Of a DNA stretch of 64,000 bases, positions 8,240 to 18,424 are shown piece by piece. The stretch is from Candidatus Margulisiibacteriota bacterium. GTDB taxonomy: Bacteria; Margulisbacteria; WOR-1; O2-12-FULL-45-9. Below the pieces are notes generated by a model. It searched no databases and was not told where the DNA came from. It saw nothing but the letters and a program-made list of their open reading frames with translations. Each line of letters opens with the position of its first letter. Position 1 is the first letter of the stretch. The translations under genes were made by a program, and so were the position numbers. The stretch covers positions 86,828 through 150,827 of the forward strand of contig JAYEOW010000029.1 in the NCBI GenBank assembly GCA_034723395.1, given 5' to 3'.

Positions 8240-11200
8240 ATGCTTGAATATCTGATTCAAGTGCAAAATTTTTTACTTTTGCTTGCCCTCGTTTTAAACC
8301 TCGGGTTAAGTAGCTTTATTTTTGCTAAAAACAGCAAAAGCGAGATCAACCGCTCATTTTCTGCCATGCTTTTTTGGACGGCGGTATGGGTGGTCAGTTT
8401 GTTGGTCTTTTTAAACTTAAAAAACGGCGATTGGATACTTTTCGTCCGCCGGCTGACCCCGGTAGGCGCGTCGATCCTGGTGGGGTATTTTCTCTGCTTT
8501 GCGAAGGTATTTCCCAAAAGCGAAGGAACATGTCCCTGGCAAAAACGGATATTCATCTTAGCGCCGGGATACGTTTTTGCGGCTCTATCCGTGACCACTC
8601 CCTGGATGATCGCCGGGTTTTCCATTGGTGATCCGCGCTACCTTTTTCTGGGAAAGCCTAGCTTTGGGTTTTTGTATTTTGTCTGGGCGCTTTATTTTAT
8701 AAGTTATTTTGTCTTGGCCTCATATATTTTATATAGCAAGTTTAAAGACAGCGAAGGTCGGCAGAAACTCCAGGTTTGGTATGTGTTGTTTGGAACGGTT
8801 TTGGCCGGAGGGGGGGGCGCTTCGTTAAGCTTGTTACTGCCGCTTTTTAAGGTCCCGCAATTTTTTACAATTGGTCCGTTGGCAGCCCTGATCCTTGCCG
8901 GATTTACCGCGTATACAATTATCAAGTATAGGCTGCTCCAGATAGAGGATTTTTTGACCCGGGGAGTATATTTAATTATCGGCTTAAGCGCAATAATCGG
9001 GACAATGGTCTTTATGATGACCGGCCAGGTTGCTTTTGTGCCGACCTTTATCCTGATCTTTGTCCAGGGCGTGCTGGGGTTCTTGATATATATACGCAAC
9101 AATAAAAGCGAGATCAATCTCTCTTATTCAGCGATCGTCTTCTTCTTCGCTTTTTGGAATTACTATGCGTATCAGGTTACCCACCGGATATCGTCGGAGA
9201 TGGTCTGGGCGGACAAGCTGATTTTTGTGGTGGCCTCTTTTCTGGTCGCCTTCTTTTTGCATTTTTCGAATGTCTTTCCCCGCGCGCGCAAAGGGTTTAG
9301 CAGTTTTAACCGGGCCTTGATATTTATCTTCCCGTTAATATTATCCGCGCTGGTGCCGTTTAACCTGATCATCAAGAATATCAGCATTGTGAACAATACG
9401 ATCTTTCCGGTCTTTGGCCCGGCCTATCCGTTTTTTATGGTCTACGCGATCGCCTATGTGGGATTTGGATTATTTAACCTGATCAGAAGTTCTCTTTCTT
9501 CGACCGGGATCGAAAAACTACAGGTCCGCTATGTCCTTTTTGGACTCTTTTCAAGTTCGACCTTAATCTTAGTTTCCAACCTTATCCTCCCCTGGCTGGG
9601 AGAAGCGCGGCTGGCCCCTTTTGGTCCGTTCTTTACCCTCTTTTTTGTCTTTGCAACTTCTTATGCAATATTAAAGCACAGGTTAATGAGCATTGAGATT
9701 ATTGTGCAGCGCGGTTTTGTTTATGGGATCGTTACTGTAATTATTATGGCGCTTTATGCGCTGGCGGTGATCATATCCGAAACCTTCTTGCGGCAGATAA
9801 TGGGCTACAGCTCTCTTATAATTACTGCCGCAGCCGCGCTTTTGATCGCTGTCTTGTACCAGCCGATGATTAGGGCTTTTCAAGGGGGAACCGACCGTAT
9901 CTTTTTCCGCGGCCGTTATGATTACCGCAAAACATTACGGGAGATCAGCCAACGGATAGCGTCGGTAATTAAGCTGGAAGAGCTTACCCAGCTGATTGTC
10001 TCCTCTTTTATTGATATGATGAAGATATCGGAAATATCTTTCTTATTATCAGATAAGGAGAAAGAGCACTTTCGCTCGGTGCCAATATCGCTGCCCCGCT
10101 ACAACAAGATCGAGATTGATGTGGATAGCCCGATTGTCTCCTGGCTAAATTCGGCAAAGGATATCCTGGTGCGTGATGAGATCGAAGATGAGATCGGGAG
10201 GCAGGAGGCACTGGGAGAAGTTGGCAATATCCGCCGCCAGAGCTTGGAAGAAGTGCGGGATGAAATGGAACGGTTGGGGATTTCGGTCTGGGTCCCGATT
10301 ATTTCTAAAGAAGAGTTGATCGGAATTATCGCCCTGGGGAACAAGCTCTCCGGAGATATTTTTTCAACCGAAGACATTGGTCTTTTAAGCACCTTGGGAA
10401 ACCAGACCGCGGTCGCGCTCGATAACGCGCGCCTTTATGACGAAGTTGTGAATATGAAGGACTATAACGAAGAGATCCTGCAATCGATGGTCACCGGCGT
10501 GATGACCGTTGATACGCGCGGCAAGATTGTCACTTTTAATTCGATGGCCGAAAGGATCACGGGGAGGAACCGGGAGGAGGTATTGGCGAAGGGTTGTGAA
10601 GATATTTGGGGGAGGAGGGGGACAATCCCGAATGTTATTGCCAATTCCCTTAAGGACCGATGTTATGTTAATTTCGAATCAAGTATCGCTTCTCCGGAAA
10701 GAGGATTAGTTCCGGTCGCTTTTACCTCAACCGTCCTGCGCGATCACCTAGGCAAAAAGATCGGCGCCCTCTTGACGGTCCGCGACCTGTCCGAAGTAAA
10801 AGAGCTTGAAGAAAAGGTCCGCCGGGCGGATAAGCTGACCGCATTGGCGACGATGTCGGCGGGGATGGCGCACGAGATCAAAAATCCGCTCTCTTCGATG
10901 AAGGTCCTTTCCCAGCTGCTGCCTAAAAAATACGATGATATGGAGTTTAGAAAAAAATTCGAAGAGATTGTTCCCCGAGAAATTAACCGGATCGACCGGA
11001 TTGTCGAGAGCCTGCTTAGTTTCGCGCGGGCGACCGCGCTAACTTTTGAAAAAGCGAATGTGAATGAGCTTTTAGAAGAGAATGCAAGATATTTCCAGGA
11101 TCAAGCCAAGGCGGTTGATGTAAAGATAACAACAATTTATGCTGACCTTCCCGAGATCGAACTTGATAAAGGGCAGCTCTCCCAGGTCTTTTCGAATTTG

Positions 11201-11512
11201 ATGTTAAACGCGATCCAGGCGATGTCCGAAGGCGGAGAGCTTAAGGTCGTTAGCATGCCGGGGAAAAGGGTTATGGACCAGCTGCAAACGGTAAGCATTA
11301 AAATATCGGATACCGGGCACGGTATGCCGGGGGAAACAGTTAATAAACTCTTCGATCCCTTCTTTACTACAAAATACGGAGGGACTGGATTAGGGCTTAC
11401 CATTTCGCATAATATAGTGGATGGGCATCGCGGCTATATAGACGTCGAGAGCAAGGTTGGCAAAGGGACGAGCTTTATAATCACTTTACCGGTTTCCCAA
11501 GGATTGCTATAA
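8240..11512 (+). CDS. Sensor histidine kinase: two tandem 7TM-type membrane domains, GAF, PAS, HisKA, HATPase
   Basis: H-box MAHEIKNPL, N-box NLMLNAIQA, DTGHG, FDPFFTTK, GTGLGL; internal duplication KSEIN...KLQV.YVLFG...Y.I.K.RL. Confidence 0.92.
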   Translation: MLEYLIQVQNFLLLLALVLNLGLSSFIFAKNSKSEINRSFSAMLFWTAVWVVSLLVFLNLKNGDWILFVRRLTPVGASILVGYFLCFAKVFPKSEGTCPWQKRIFILAPGYVFAALSVTTPWMIAGFSIGDPRYLFLGKPSFGFLYFVWALYFISYFVLASYILYSKFKDSEGRQKLQVWYVLFGTVLAGGGGASLSLLLPLFKVPQFFTIGPLAALILAGFTAYTIIKYRLLQIEDFLTRGVYLIIGLSAIIGTMVFMMTGQVAFVPTFILIFVQGVLGFLIYIRNNKSEINLSYSAIVFFFAFWNYYAYQVTHRISSEMVWADKLIFVVASFLVAFFLHFSNVFPRARKGFSSFNRALIFIFPLILSALVPFNLIIKNISIVNNTIFPVFGPAYPFFMVYAIAYVGFGLFNLIRSSLSSTGIEKLQVRYVLFGLFSSSTLILVSNLILPWLGEARLAPFGPFFTLFFVFATSYAILKHRLMSIEIIVQRGFVYGIVTVIIMALYALAVIISETFLRQIMGYSSLIITAAAALLIAVLYQPMIRAFQGGTDRIFFRGRYDYRKTLREISQRIASVIKLEELTQLIVSSFIDMMKISEISFLLSDKEKEHFRSVPISLPRYNKIEIDVDSPIVSWLNSAKDILVRDEIEDEIGRQEALGEVGNIRRQSLEEVRDEMERLGISVWVPIISKEELIGIIALGNKLSGDIFSTEDIGLLSTLGNQTAVALDNARLYDEVVNMKDYNEEILQSMVTGVMTVDTRGKIVTFNSMAERITGRNREEVLAKGCEDIWGRRGTIPNVIANSLKDRCYVNFESSIASPERGLVPVAFTSTVLRDHLGKKIGALLTVRDLSEVKELEEKVRRADKLTALATMSAGMAHEIKNPLSSMKVLSQLLPKKYDDMEFRKKFEEIVPREINRIDRIVESLLSFARATALTFEKANVNELLEENARYFQDQAKAVDVKITTIYADLPEIELDKGQLSQVFSNLMLNAIQAMSEGGELKVVSMPGKRVMDQLQTVSIKISDTGHGMPGETVNKLFDPFFTTKYGGTGLGLTISHNIVDGHRGYIDVESKVGKGTSFIITLPVSQGLL

Positions 11513-11522
11513 TTATCCTGAA

Positions 11523-12749
11523 ATGATGAAAAAATTAATCCTGTTGGTCGAAGATGATCATAAGAGCGAAGCGGCGGTAAAAGATATAATTGGACGCGAT
11601 TATAATCTTAAGCTCGTAAAAGATAAAGAAGGGGCGGCCGATTTTCTCTCGTCCCATGTCCCGGACCTGATTTTGATCGATTTTGACCTCAAGAAAAAAG
11701 ATGGTTTACAGGTCTATCGTGAGCTTCGGCCAAACTTCAAGGTAATTATGCTCTCTGCTTCGGGGAATATCCCCTTAGCGGTAACCGCTACTAAACAGGG
11801 GATAGTCGATTTTCTCCGCAAGCCGATTAATGCGGATGAGCTTAGAGAGGCGATCGAAAGAAATATAGAGGAGCATGAAAAGCGGCTTTACTTTGTAAAG
11901 GACGCTGGTTGGCTTAAAGGAGAAAGTGCCGGGATAAAAGATGCCTTAAAAGGGATTGCGGATGTGGTAAGAGGAAAGAAGGATGTGGTGTTGGTTGGCG
12001 AGAGGGGGGTACCTTTGGAGGCGGTAGCGGAGTTTATCCATTTTAATGGGGCAAATAACCGCAAGAAATTGTTAACGCTCAACCTGGTTTCTTACGCAAG
12101 CGAAAATCTGGAGAGCCATTTCTGGACCAGTTTAAAGGCGATTTTGGAAATTCCCGACGCTAATTCGCTGCGGAGAGAAGCCGACCTTTGCGGGACCCTT
12201 TATCTGGAAAACCTTGATAGTTTAGGAGCGAGTTTTAAAGAGAGCGTATTGGGCTATTTTAAAAAAGCAAAAAAGGATGTTCAGCTGATTTTTGGCTCGG
12301 CATCGAAGGTAAACGGATATTCGAATATAAAAATCCCTGGTATCGCGGAAAGAAAAGAAGACCTCCCGTCCCTTTTGGAATATTTTCTAGGTAAGATATC
12401 GATAAAATACAATAAAATGGTGAGATTTATCTCATCTGATCTTTTGAAATATTTAGCAGGTTATGCTTTCCCCGGAAATTATGTTGAGCTGGAAAAGATG
12501 ATCGAAGAAGCGGTTCTGGCCGCAAAGGATGTAAATATTGGGCCAAAGAATTTTCCGCTTTCGAATAATGGCTTGATCGAATCATCCCTGAAAAGATCAT
12601 TAAACGAACAGCTCACTTTGGAGGAGGCAAGAAGGGGATATGAGAAATGCCTCTTCGGGGTCTTAATGCAGAAAACGGGAGGGGAAGAGGGCGCGGTGGC
12701 CCGGTTTATCGACCTTCCACGCTCAAGAGTCAAGGACCTGATCGATTAG
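11523..12749 (+). CDS. NtrC-like response regulator with degenerate AAA+ domain
   Basis: Receiver LLVEDD / LIDFDL / LRKP; AAA remnants GERG, GTLYLENLD, ERKEDLP, FPGNYVEL; GAFTGA and the Walker A lysine are missing. Confidence 0.8.
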   Translation: MMKKLILLVEDDHKSEAAVKDIIGRDYNLKLVKDKEGAADFLSSHVPDLILIDFDLKKKDGLQVYRELRPNFKVIMLSASGNIPLAVTATKQGIVDFLRKPINADELREAIERNIEEHEKRLYFVKDAGWLKGESAGIKDALKGIADVVRGKKDVVLVGERGVPLEAVAEFIHFNGANNRKKLLTLNLVSYASENLESHFWTSLKAILEIPDANSLRREADLCGTLYLENLDSLGASFKESVLGYFKKAKKDVQLIFGSASKVNGYSNIKIPGIAERKEDLPSLLEYFLGKISIKYNKMVRFISSDLLKYLAGYAFPGNYVELEKMIEEAVLAAKDVNIGPKNFPLSNNGLIESSLKRSLNEQLTLEEARRGYEKCLFGVLMQKTGGEEGAVARFIDLPRSRVKDLID

Positions 12750-14066
12750 ATCTTTTGCTTCCTGCTTCTTTTTTCCTTCGGCGATCAGGCGAATAACCGG
12801 TTCGGTATTCGATGCCCTCACGTGGATCCAGCTTTGCGGCAATAAGACCTTAACTCCGTCGGTTACGATCAGCTCTTCCCCCTTAAAAATGAGTTTTACC
12901 TTATTTAACATTTTTTCTACTTCATCCTGGTTTTTGCATTTAATTTTCTCTTTTACCATATGATATGCGGGGAGATCGTTGATTAATTCAGCTAAGCTTT
13001 TTCCTGAAGCAGCCATGTAGTCTAAGACCAGCGCAAGTGCGGTCTGTCCGTCACGGTTGAGGCCGATCGGGGGATAGATCACTCCGCCATTTCCTTCTCC
13101 GCCGATCAGCCCGTCCAGTTTTTCCATCTCTTCCGCGATATGGACCTCGCCAATCTTGGTGCGAATTAAGGTCCCGTTATACTCTTTTGCGATATCATCG
13201 ATCGCCTTGGTTGTAGATAGATTTGTTATTACGATGTTTTTAACCGGGCTTTTGCTGTTTTGTTTTGCAAGAATGGACTTGACCACTAGGACGAGGGTAG
13301 TCTCTTCGCCGATCGGGGTCCCGTCGCTGGATATGATAGCGAGGCGGTCAGCGTCCGAATCGAGCGCAAACCCGATATCCGCGCGCTCTTTTTTTATCAG
13401 GCTTGATAGTTCGGTAAGATTTTCGGCGATCGGTTCGGGAGGGTGGGGAAAAGGTCTTTTAACGTCGCAATTGATCGCCTTTAATTGGCAGCCCAATCCC
13501 TCAAGGAGTTTAATGCAAATCTCCGATCCGGCGCCGTTGCAGCAGTCGAGGGCGACTTTGTACTTTTTACGGCGGATCGCGGGGACATCTACGATTTTTA
13601 ATATCTTTTTTAAATGGGTCTCGATGGCGGATGGATCAGGAGTTATAGTCCCTGGCCCGCTTTTTGCAAACGCTTTGTTCTCGTATATATTGATTAACTT
13701 TTCAAGTTGTTTTTCATTGAGGAATATCCCATTCCCGCGGATAAATTTTAACCCATTCCAGGGGAGGGGGTTATGCGAAGCGGTAATGATCATCCCCCCG
13801 TCTGCTTTTAACTTTCGAACCATGATACCAACGGTTGGAGTGGGGCAGATACCAAGGTCGATAACTTTACAGCCGGTAGAAAGGAGCCCTGCAAAGACGC
13901 TCTCTTTGATGGTCTTGGAAGAGGCGCGGGGATCGGTCCCGACAATGACCAGCTTTGATCCCCCCAGGAAGGTCCCAAAGGCCTTGGCAAAATCGGCGCA
14001 GATCTCCGGAGTGAGATCCTCCGGAACATATCCACGTATACCGGAAATGCTGATTTTTAGCGACAT
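12723..14066 (-). CDS. glmM: Phosphoglucosamine mutase (phosphohexomutase family)
   Basis: SISGIRG, catalytic ITASHNP, metal loop DSDADR, GGEGNGG, VRASNTEPVIR. Confidence 0.85.
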   Translation of the reverse strand: MSLKISISGIRGYVPEDLTPEICADFAKAFGTFLGGSKLVIVGTDPRASSKTIKESVFAGLLSTGCKVIDLGICPTPTVGIMVRKLKADGGMIITASHNPLPWNGLKFIRGNGIFLNEKQLEKLINIYENKAFAKSGPGTITPDPSAIETHLKKILKIVDVPAIRRKKYKVALDCCNGAGSEICIKLLEGLGCQLKAINCDVKRPFPHPPEPIAENLTELSSLIKKERADIGFALDSDADRLAIISSDGTPIGEETTLVLVVKSILAKQNSKSPVKNIVITNLSTTKAIDDIAKEYNGTLIRTKIGEVHIAEEMEKLDGLIGGEGNGGVIYPPIGLNRDGQTALALVLDYMAASGKSLAELINDLPAYHMVKEKIKCKNQDEVEKMLNKVKLIFKGEELIVTDGVKVLLPQSWIHVRASNTEPVIRLIAEGKKKQEAKDLIDQVLDS

Positions 14067-14073
14067 GTTGACT

Positions 14074-14082
14074 ATTATAACA
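14074..14082 (-). promoter_or_regulatory. Extended -10 promoter of a probably leaderless glmM transcript
   Basis: TGtTATAAT on the minus strand, 7 nt before ATG 14066. Confidence 0.6.
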
Positions 14083-14107
14083 CAAACTGTTAAACTCTAA
14101 AAACGCC

Positions 14108-14896
14108 ATGGAAAATATTATTTTAGGGTCGATAATGCCGCATCCTCCGATACTGATCCCGGATATCGGTAAAAACCGGATCGAAGATGCGGGAGCGAGT
14201 AAGAAGGCGCTGGAAAACGTGGCAAAAAAGATAAAAGAGCTCGATTTTGACACGATCATTGTTATTACTCCTCACGGAGAGGTTGGTCGGGCGTCGGTCC
14301 CAGTATACACCGGACACATTTTTGAGGGAAGTTTTAGTATGTTCGGGATGCCCAAGCCGGTCTTTAACTTTAAGGGGGACCCGGAGCTTGGTTTGGCGAT
14401 CGTCAAGGGGTCGGAGTTGGCTTCGAACTGTGCAGAGACACTATTGGATCACGGCGCTCTGGTCCCGCTTTATTATCCATTTACGATGGGGGTAAAGAAC
14501 CCGGTCCTTCCGGTTGGAATTGGATTTATGCCGCTTACAAAGTTGTATGAGTTCGGAAAAAATATGGCCAGGACGATAAAAGAGTTAAACCGGAAGGTAG
14601 TGATTGTTGCTTCGGCAGATATGTCGCATCGATTAACTCCCGATGCCCCTTCTGGATATAGCCCGAAAGGGAGAGAATTCGACAAGGAGCTGGTTAAGCT
14701 GGTTGAGAACTATGATGTTAAGGGGATATTAAACTTTGATGAGGCATTAGCCGAAGAGGCGGGCCAGGACGCGCTCTGGTCGATCGCGATCCTTTTTGGA
14801 GCTTTGGACGGGATGGACGTAAAACAGGAGCTGTTGTCATATGAAGGTCCGTTTGGCGTCGGATATATGGTAGCCACTTTTGAGATAAAAAACTAA
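14108..14896 (+). CDS. AmmeMemoRadiSam system protein B (Memo/LigB-like)
   Basis: MPHPP, ITPHG, LDHGALVPL, ASADMSH, LSYEGPFGVGY. Confidence 0.85.
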   Translation: MENIILGSIMPHPPILIPDIGKNRIEDAGASKKALENVAKKIKELDFDTIIVITPHGEVGRASVPVYTGHIFEGSFSMFGMPKPVFNFKGDPELGLAIVKGSELASNCAETLLDHGALVPLYYPFTMGVKNPVLPVGIGFMPLTKLYEFGKNMARTIKELNRKVVIVASADMSHRLTPDAPSGYSPKGREFDKELVKLVENYDVKGILNFDEALAEEAGQDALWSIAILFGALDGMDVKQELLSYEGPFGVGYMVATFEIKN

Positions 14897-14908
14897 AAAT
14901 AAAAAACG

Positions 14909-15418
14909 ATGGAACATCTATTAGTACAACTGGCCAGGAAAACGATCGATACTTATATTAAAGAGAAAAAAGTAATCGATTTCCCGGTTGACTTAACTCC
15001 AGAGATGAAAGCTAAGGCGGGGGTATTTGTGTCTCTGCATCGACAAGGTAAATTGCGTGGTTGTATCGGTACCTTTACGCCGACGACCGAGAATGTGGCC
15101 AAAGAGATTATTCGTAATGCGATCGAATCTTCAACGCAGGATCCGCGTTTTCCGCCGGTGGAAAAGGATGAATTAGCAGATCTTGAGATCTCGGTGGATC
15201 TTTTGGGGATCCCGGAGCCGGTTAAATCGGTTAAAGAGCTTGATGCAGAAAAGTATGGCGTTATAATAAAGTCAGGAGTAAGAAGAGGGCTTCTGCTTCC
15301 CGATCTTCCCGGAGTGGATACTCCTGAGGAGCAGATCGAAATATGTCGACAAAAGGCGGGGATCGGGGACGATGAACCACTGGAATTATTTAAATTTGAA
15401 GTTAGGAGGTTTCACTGA
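14909..15418 (+). CDS. AmmeMemoRadiSam system protein A (AMMECR1 domain)
   Basis: GVFVSL, LRGCIGT, DPRFPPV, GLLLPDL. Confidence 0.9.
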   Translation: MEHLLVQLARKTIDTYIKEKKVIDFPVDLTPEMKAKAGVFVSLHRQGKLRGCIGTFTPTTENVAKEIIRNAIESSTQDPRFPPVEKDELADLEISVDLLGIPEPVKSVKELDAEKYGVIIKSGVRRGLLLPDLPGVDTPEEQIEICRQKAGIGDDEPLELFKFEVRRFH

Positions 15419-16470
15419 TGATTAAAATAGGAATAGTAGGAGCAGGGGGATACGCGGGTATCACTCTGATCCAGATATTATTACGGCATCCGGAAGCAAA
15501 GATCGTCTGGGCGATGTCTGAAGATGCACATAAGGGGAAAAAGTTGGACGAATTATATCCCCATTTGCAGGGAGAGATCGACCTTACCATCCAGACCTTA
15601 GCTGATTTAGATAAGGTTTTAAACAAGATAGATTTAGTTTTCCTGGCTCTTCCTCACGGGATCGCGCTAAATTATGTCCCACAAATGTTAAAGGCCGGCA
15701 AAAAAGTTGTCGACTTGGGGGCAGATTACCGGTTTAATGACGAAGCGGTATTTAAAAAATGGTATAACGTCGACCATAAGGACAAAGGGTTGCTAAAAGA
15801 GGCGGTCTTTGGTCTTCCCGAGTTTTACCGGAAAGAGATCAAGCAAGCGAAGCTGATCGCTAATCCGGGCTGTTATCCTACAGCGGCTATTTTAGGGTTA
15901 GCGCCGCTAATAAAGGATAAATTGATCGAGGCCGATGGTATCGTAGTTAATGCCGCATCTGGAACAACGGGAGCTGGCCGAGGAGTTTCGATCAAGACCC
16001 ATTTTTGTGAGCGCAACGAAGGGTTTGAAGCGTACAATGTTACCGGCCATCGGCATATGGGAGAGATAGATTATCAGTTGACCCGAATATCCTCCGGTCC
16101 AGTTAAGGCTACTTTTGTTCCGCATCTGCTGCCGATGAACCGCGGCATTTTATCGACAATTTATGCCGATATAAAAAATGAAAAACAAAAGATAAAAAAC
16201 AATGAATTAATTAATTTATATAAGAAATTTTATAAGAATGAGCCATTTGTTCGTATTCGAGAGGGACAATTGCCGAATACCAAGTTTGTTGCCGGGACCA
16301 ATTTCTGCGATATAGCGGTACAGGTCAATGAAGAAAAAGGGAAGGTAATCGTTATCGCCGCGATCGATAATCTGGTAAAAGGAGCTGCCGGCCAGGCGGT
16401 CCATAACATGAACCTTATGTGTGGATTTGAAGAGACTACCGGGCTGAAACAGATTGCGCTTTATCCATGA
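15418..16470 (+). CDS. argC: N-acetyl-gamma-glutamyl-phosphate reductase
   Basis: GAGGYAG, FLALPHG, DLGADYR, IANPGCYPT, DNLVKGAAGQAV. Confidence 0.96.
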   Translation: MIKIGIVGAGGYAGITLIQILLRHPEAKIVWAMSEDAHKGKKLDELYPHLQGEIDLTIQTLADLDKVLNKIDLVFLALPHGIALNYVPQMLKAGKKVVDLGADYRFNDEAVFKKWYNVDHKDKGLLKEAVFGLPEFYRKEIKQAKLIANPGCYPTAAILGLAPLIKDKLIEADGIVVNAASGTTGAGRGVSIKTHFCERNEGFEAYNVTGHRHMGEIDYQLTRISSGPVKATFVPHLLPMNRGILSTIYADIKNEKQKIKNNELINLYKKFYKNEPFVRIREGQLPNTKFVAGTNFCDIAVQVNEEKGKVIVIAAIDNLVKGAAGQAVHNMNLMCGFEETTGLKQIALYP

Positions 16471-17555
16471 GCTCTTTACCAAAGGGATTTAAGGCGGCCG
16501 GGATCGCCTGCGGGATAAAAAAATCGGGCAAGCCGGACCTTTCGTTGATATATTCCGAGGTCCCTGCAATTGCCGCCGGTGTTTTTACCTCCAATCAAGT
16601 TAAAGGGAATCCGGTAATTGTTTCCAAGGCTTTTCTGAAAAACGGGATTGCCCAGGCAATAATTTCTAATGCCGGGAACGCTAACACCTGGACGGGGAAG
16701 CAAGGTCTGGGAGATGCGTTTGAAATGACCAAACTTACCGCGGACGCTTTGGGAATTCCCCAAAACAATGTCTTGGTCACCTCAACCGGAGTTATTGCCA
16801 AGCCGTTGCCGTTGCCTAACATCCGCAAGGGGATTGAAAAGGTCACGAAAAAACTTTCTAAAACCGGATTAAAGGCGGCGGCTAAAGCGATTCTCACCAC
16901 CGATACGCGGGTGAAAATGATTTCAGTTAAAGTCGGTAGGATCACAATCTCAGGGATTGCTAAAGGGTCGGGGATGATCGAGCCGAATATGTGCACCATG
17001 CACGCCTTTATTGCTACCGATGCCAAGATCGGTAAACGATCGTTGAATAAGCTTCTGAGGAATGCGGTAAACAAAAGTTTTAATCTGGTGTCGGTAGATG
17101 GTTGTATGTCGACCAGTGATTGTGTGATCGTATTGGCAAACGGAGAATCAGGAAAACCCGCAGGGAAAGAATTCATTAAGGCATTCGAAAAAATTTGCGA
17201 GTATTTGGCTAAAGAGATCGCTCGCGATGGGGAGGGAGCTTCAAAGTTGATGACGATAAAGGTTAAGAATGCCTGTAATGATAAAGATGCAAAGGCTGTG
17301 GTAAAGGCGATCGTTAACAATCATCTCTTAAAGGCGGCAGTTTATGGGCGGGATAAAAATGTCGGGCGAATTCTTCAGGCAGTTGGCGCAACCAAGGCAA
17401 AGGTTAATTGGAAAAAATTTAAATTCGATTGGAAAATCGGGAAGAAAGAAGATACTATAATGGTTGACCTTAAAGCCGGAAAAAAATCGGCTGCCGGCTG
17501 GGGATGCGATCTGACCGAAGGATACGTTAAGATCAATGCGAGGTACCATACTTAG
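16467..17555 (+). CDS. argJ: Ornithine acetyltransferase / N-acetylglutamate synthase
   Basis: AGVFTSN, NAGNAN, STGVI, ILTTDT, AKGSGMIEPNMCTM, ARDGEGASK, WGCDLTEGYVKINA. Confidence 0.94.
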   Translation: MSSLPKGFKAAGIACGIKKSGKPDLSLIYSEVPAIAAGVFTSNQVKGNPVIVSKAFLKNGIAQAIISNAGNANTWTGKQGLGDAFEMTKLTADALGIPQNNVLVTSTGVIAKPLPLPNIRKGIEKVTKKLSKTGLKAAAKAILTTDTRVKMISVKVGRITISGIAKGSGMIEPNMCTMHAFIATDAKIGKRSLNKLLRNAVNKSFNLVSVDGCMSTSDCVIVLANGESGKPAGKEFIKAFEKICEYLAKEIARDGEGASKLMTIKVKNACNDKDAKAVVKAIVNNHLLKAAVYGRDKNVGRILQAVGATKAKVNWKKFKFDWKIGKKEDTIMVDLKAGKKSAAGWGCDLTEGYVKINARYHT

Positions 17556-18424
17556 TGTTTAAAAAAGAGATCAAACGCGCCAAAACGGTAATTGAAGCTC
17601 TCCCTTACCTGCGTGAGTTCCACAACAAGATTGTCGTCATAAAATATGGCGGTTCAGCGATGATCGATCCAGAGCTGAAAACCAATCTTTTACGGGATGT
17701 GGTTTTTTTGAAATTGGCGGGGATGCATCCGGTGATCGTCCACGGCGGCGGCCCGGAGATCAGCAAACGCCTAAAACGAAAAAAGATCGAATCGCATTTT
17801 GTCCAGGGATTGCGGGTAACCACCAAAGAGGTCATGAAAATTGTCGAATATGTCCTCGGTAATCGAGTTAATCGCGAGATCTGTTCTTTAATTAAAAAAC
17901 ATGGCGGTAAAGCCAAGGGGTTTTATGGTGCGAAGGGGTGTGTGATCAAAGCCCATAAGCATATGGTTAAAGCCGAAAATGGGAATTATATCGATTTAGG
18001 ATATACCGGGAGTGTAGCCGGCATACGCTATCGATTGTTAAATAAATGGATAAAAAAGGGTTATATTCCCGTTCTATCTCCGATCGGAGTAGGGCCAAGA
18101 GGAAAGTCTTATAATATAAATGCCGATAGCGCCGCCGCGGCGATCGCTTCTCATCTTAACGCGGTAAAACTGATCCTGCTAACCGACGTCCGTGGGGTTA
18201 TGGACAAAGAGGGTGAATTGGTCTCGGAGATTGATGCCAGCCATATTAAACGGATGATCAAGCGTAAAGTAATTAAAGGGGGGATGATCCCCAAGGTCCA
18301 ATGCTGCCTGCAGGCTTTGGGCCATGGAGTGGAACAGGTCCACATTTTAGATGGCCAAATTCCTCACGTCTTACTCCTAGAATTATTTACCAACCGTGGT
18401 ATCGGCACCATGGTAGTTAAATAA
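17555..18424 (+). CDS. argB: Acetylglutamate kinase
   Basis: VIKYGGSAM, VHGGGPEI, GLRVT, NINAD, GGMIPKV, ELFTNRGIGT. Confidence 0.96.
   Translation: MFKKEIKRAKTVIEALPYLREFHNKIVVIKYGGSAMIDPELKTNLLRDVVFLKLAGMHPVIVHGGGPEISKRLKRKKIESHFVQGLRVTTKEVMKIVEYVLGNRVNREICSLIKKHGGKAKGFYGAKGCVIKAHKHMVKAENGNYIDLGYTGSVAGIRYRLLNKWIKKGYIPVLSPIGVGPRGKSYNINADSAAAAIASHLNAVKLILLTDVRGVMDKEGELVSEIDASHIKRMIKRKVIKGGMIPKVQCCLQALGHGVEQVHILDGQIPHVLLLELFTNRGIGTMVVK

Noticed and set aside
13156..14100. 314-aa plus-strand ORF
   Set aside because: Antisense to glmM with no recognisable motifs; the same applies to the other long antisense ORFs over argJ, glmS and the TPR gene.
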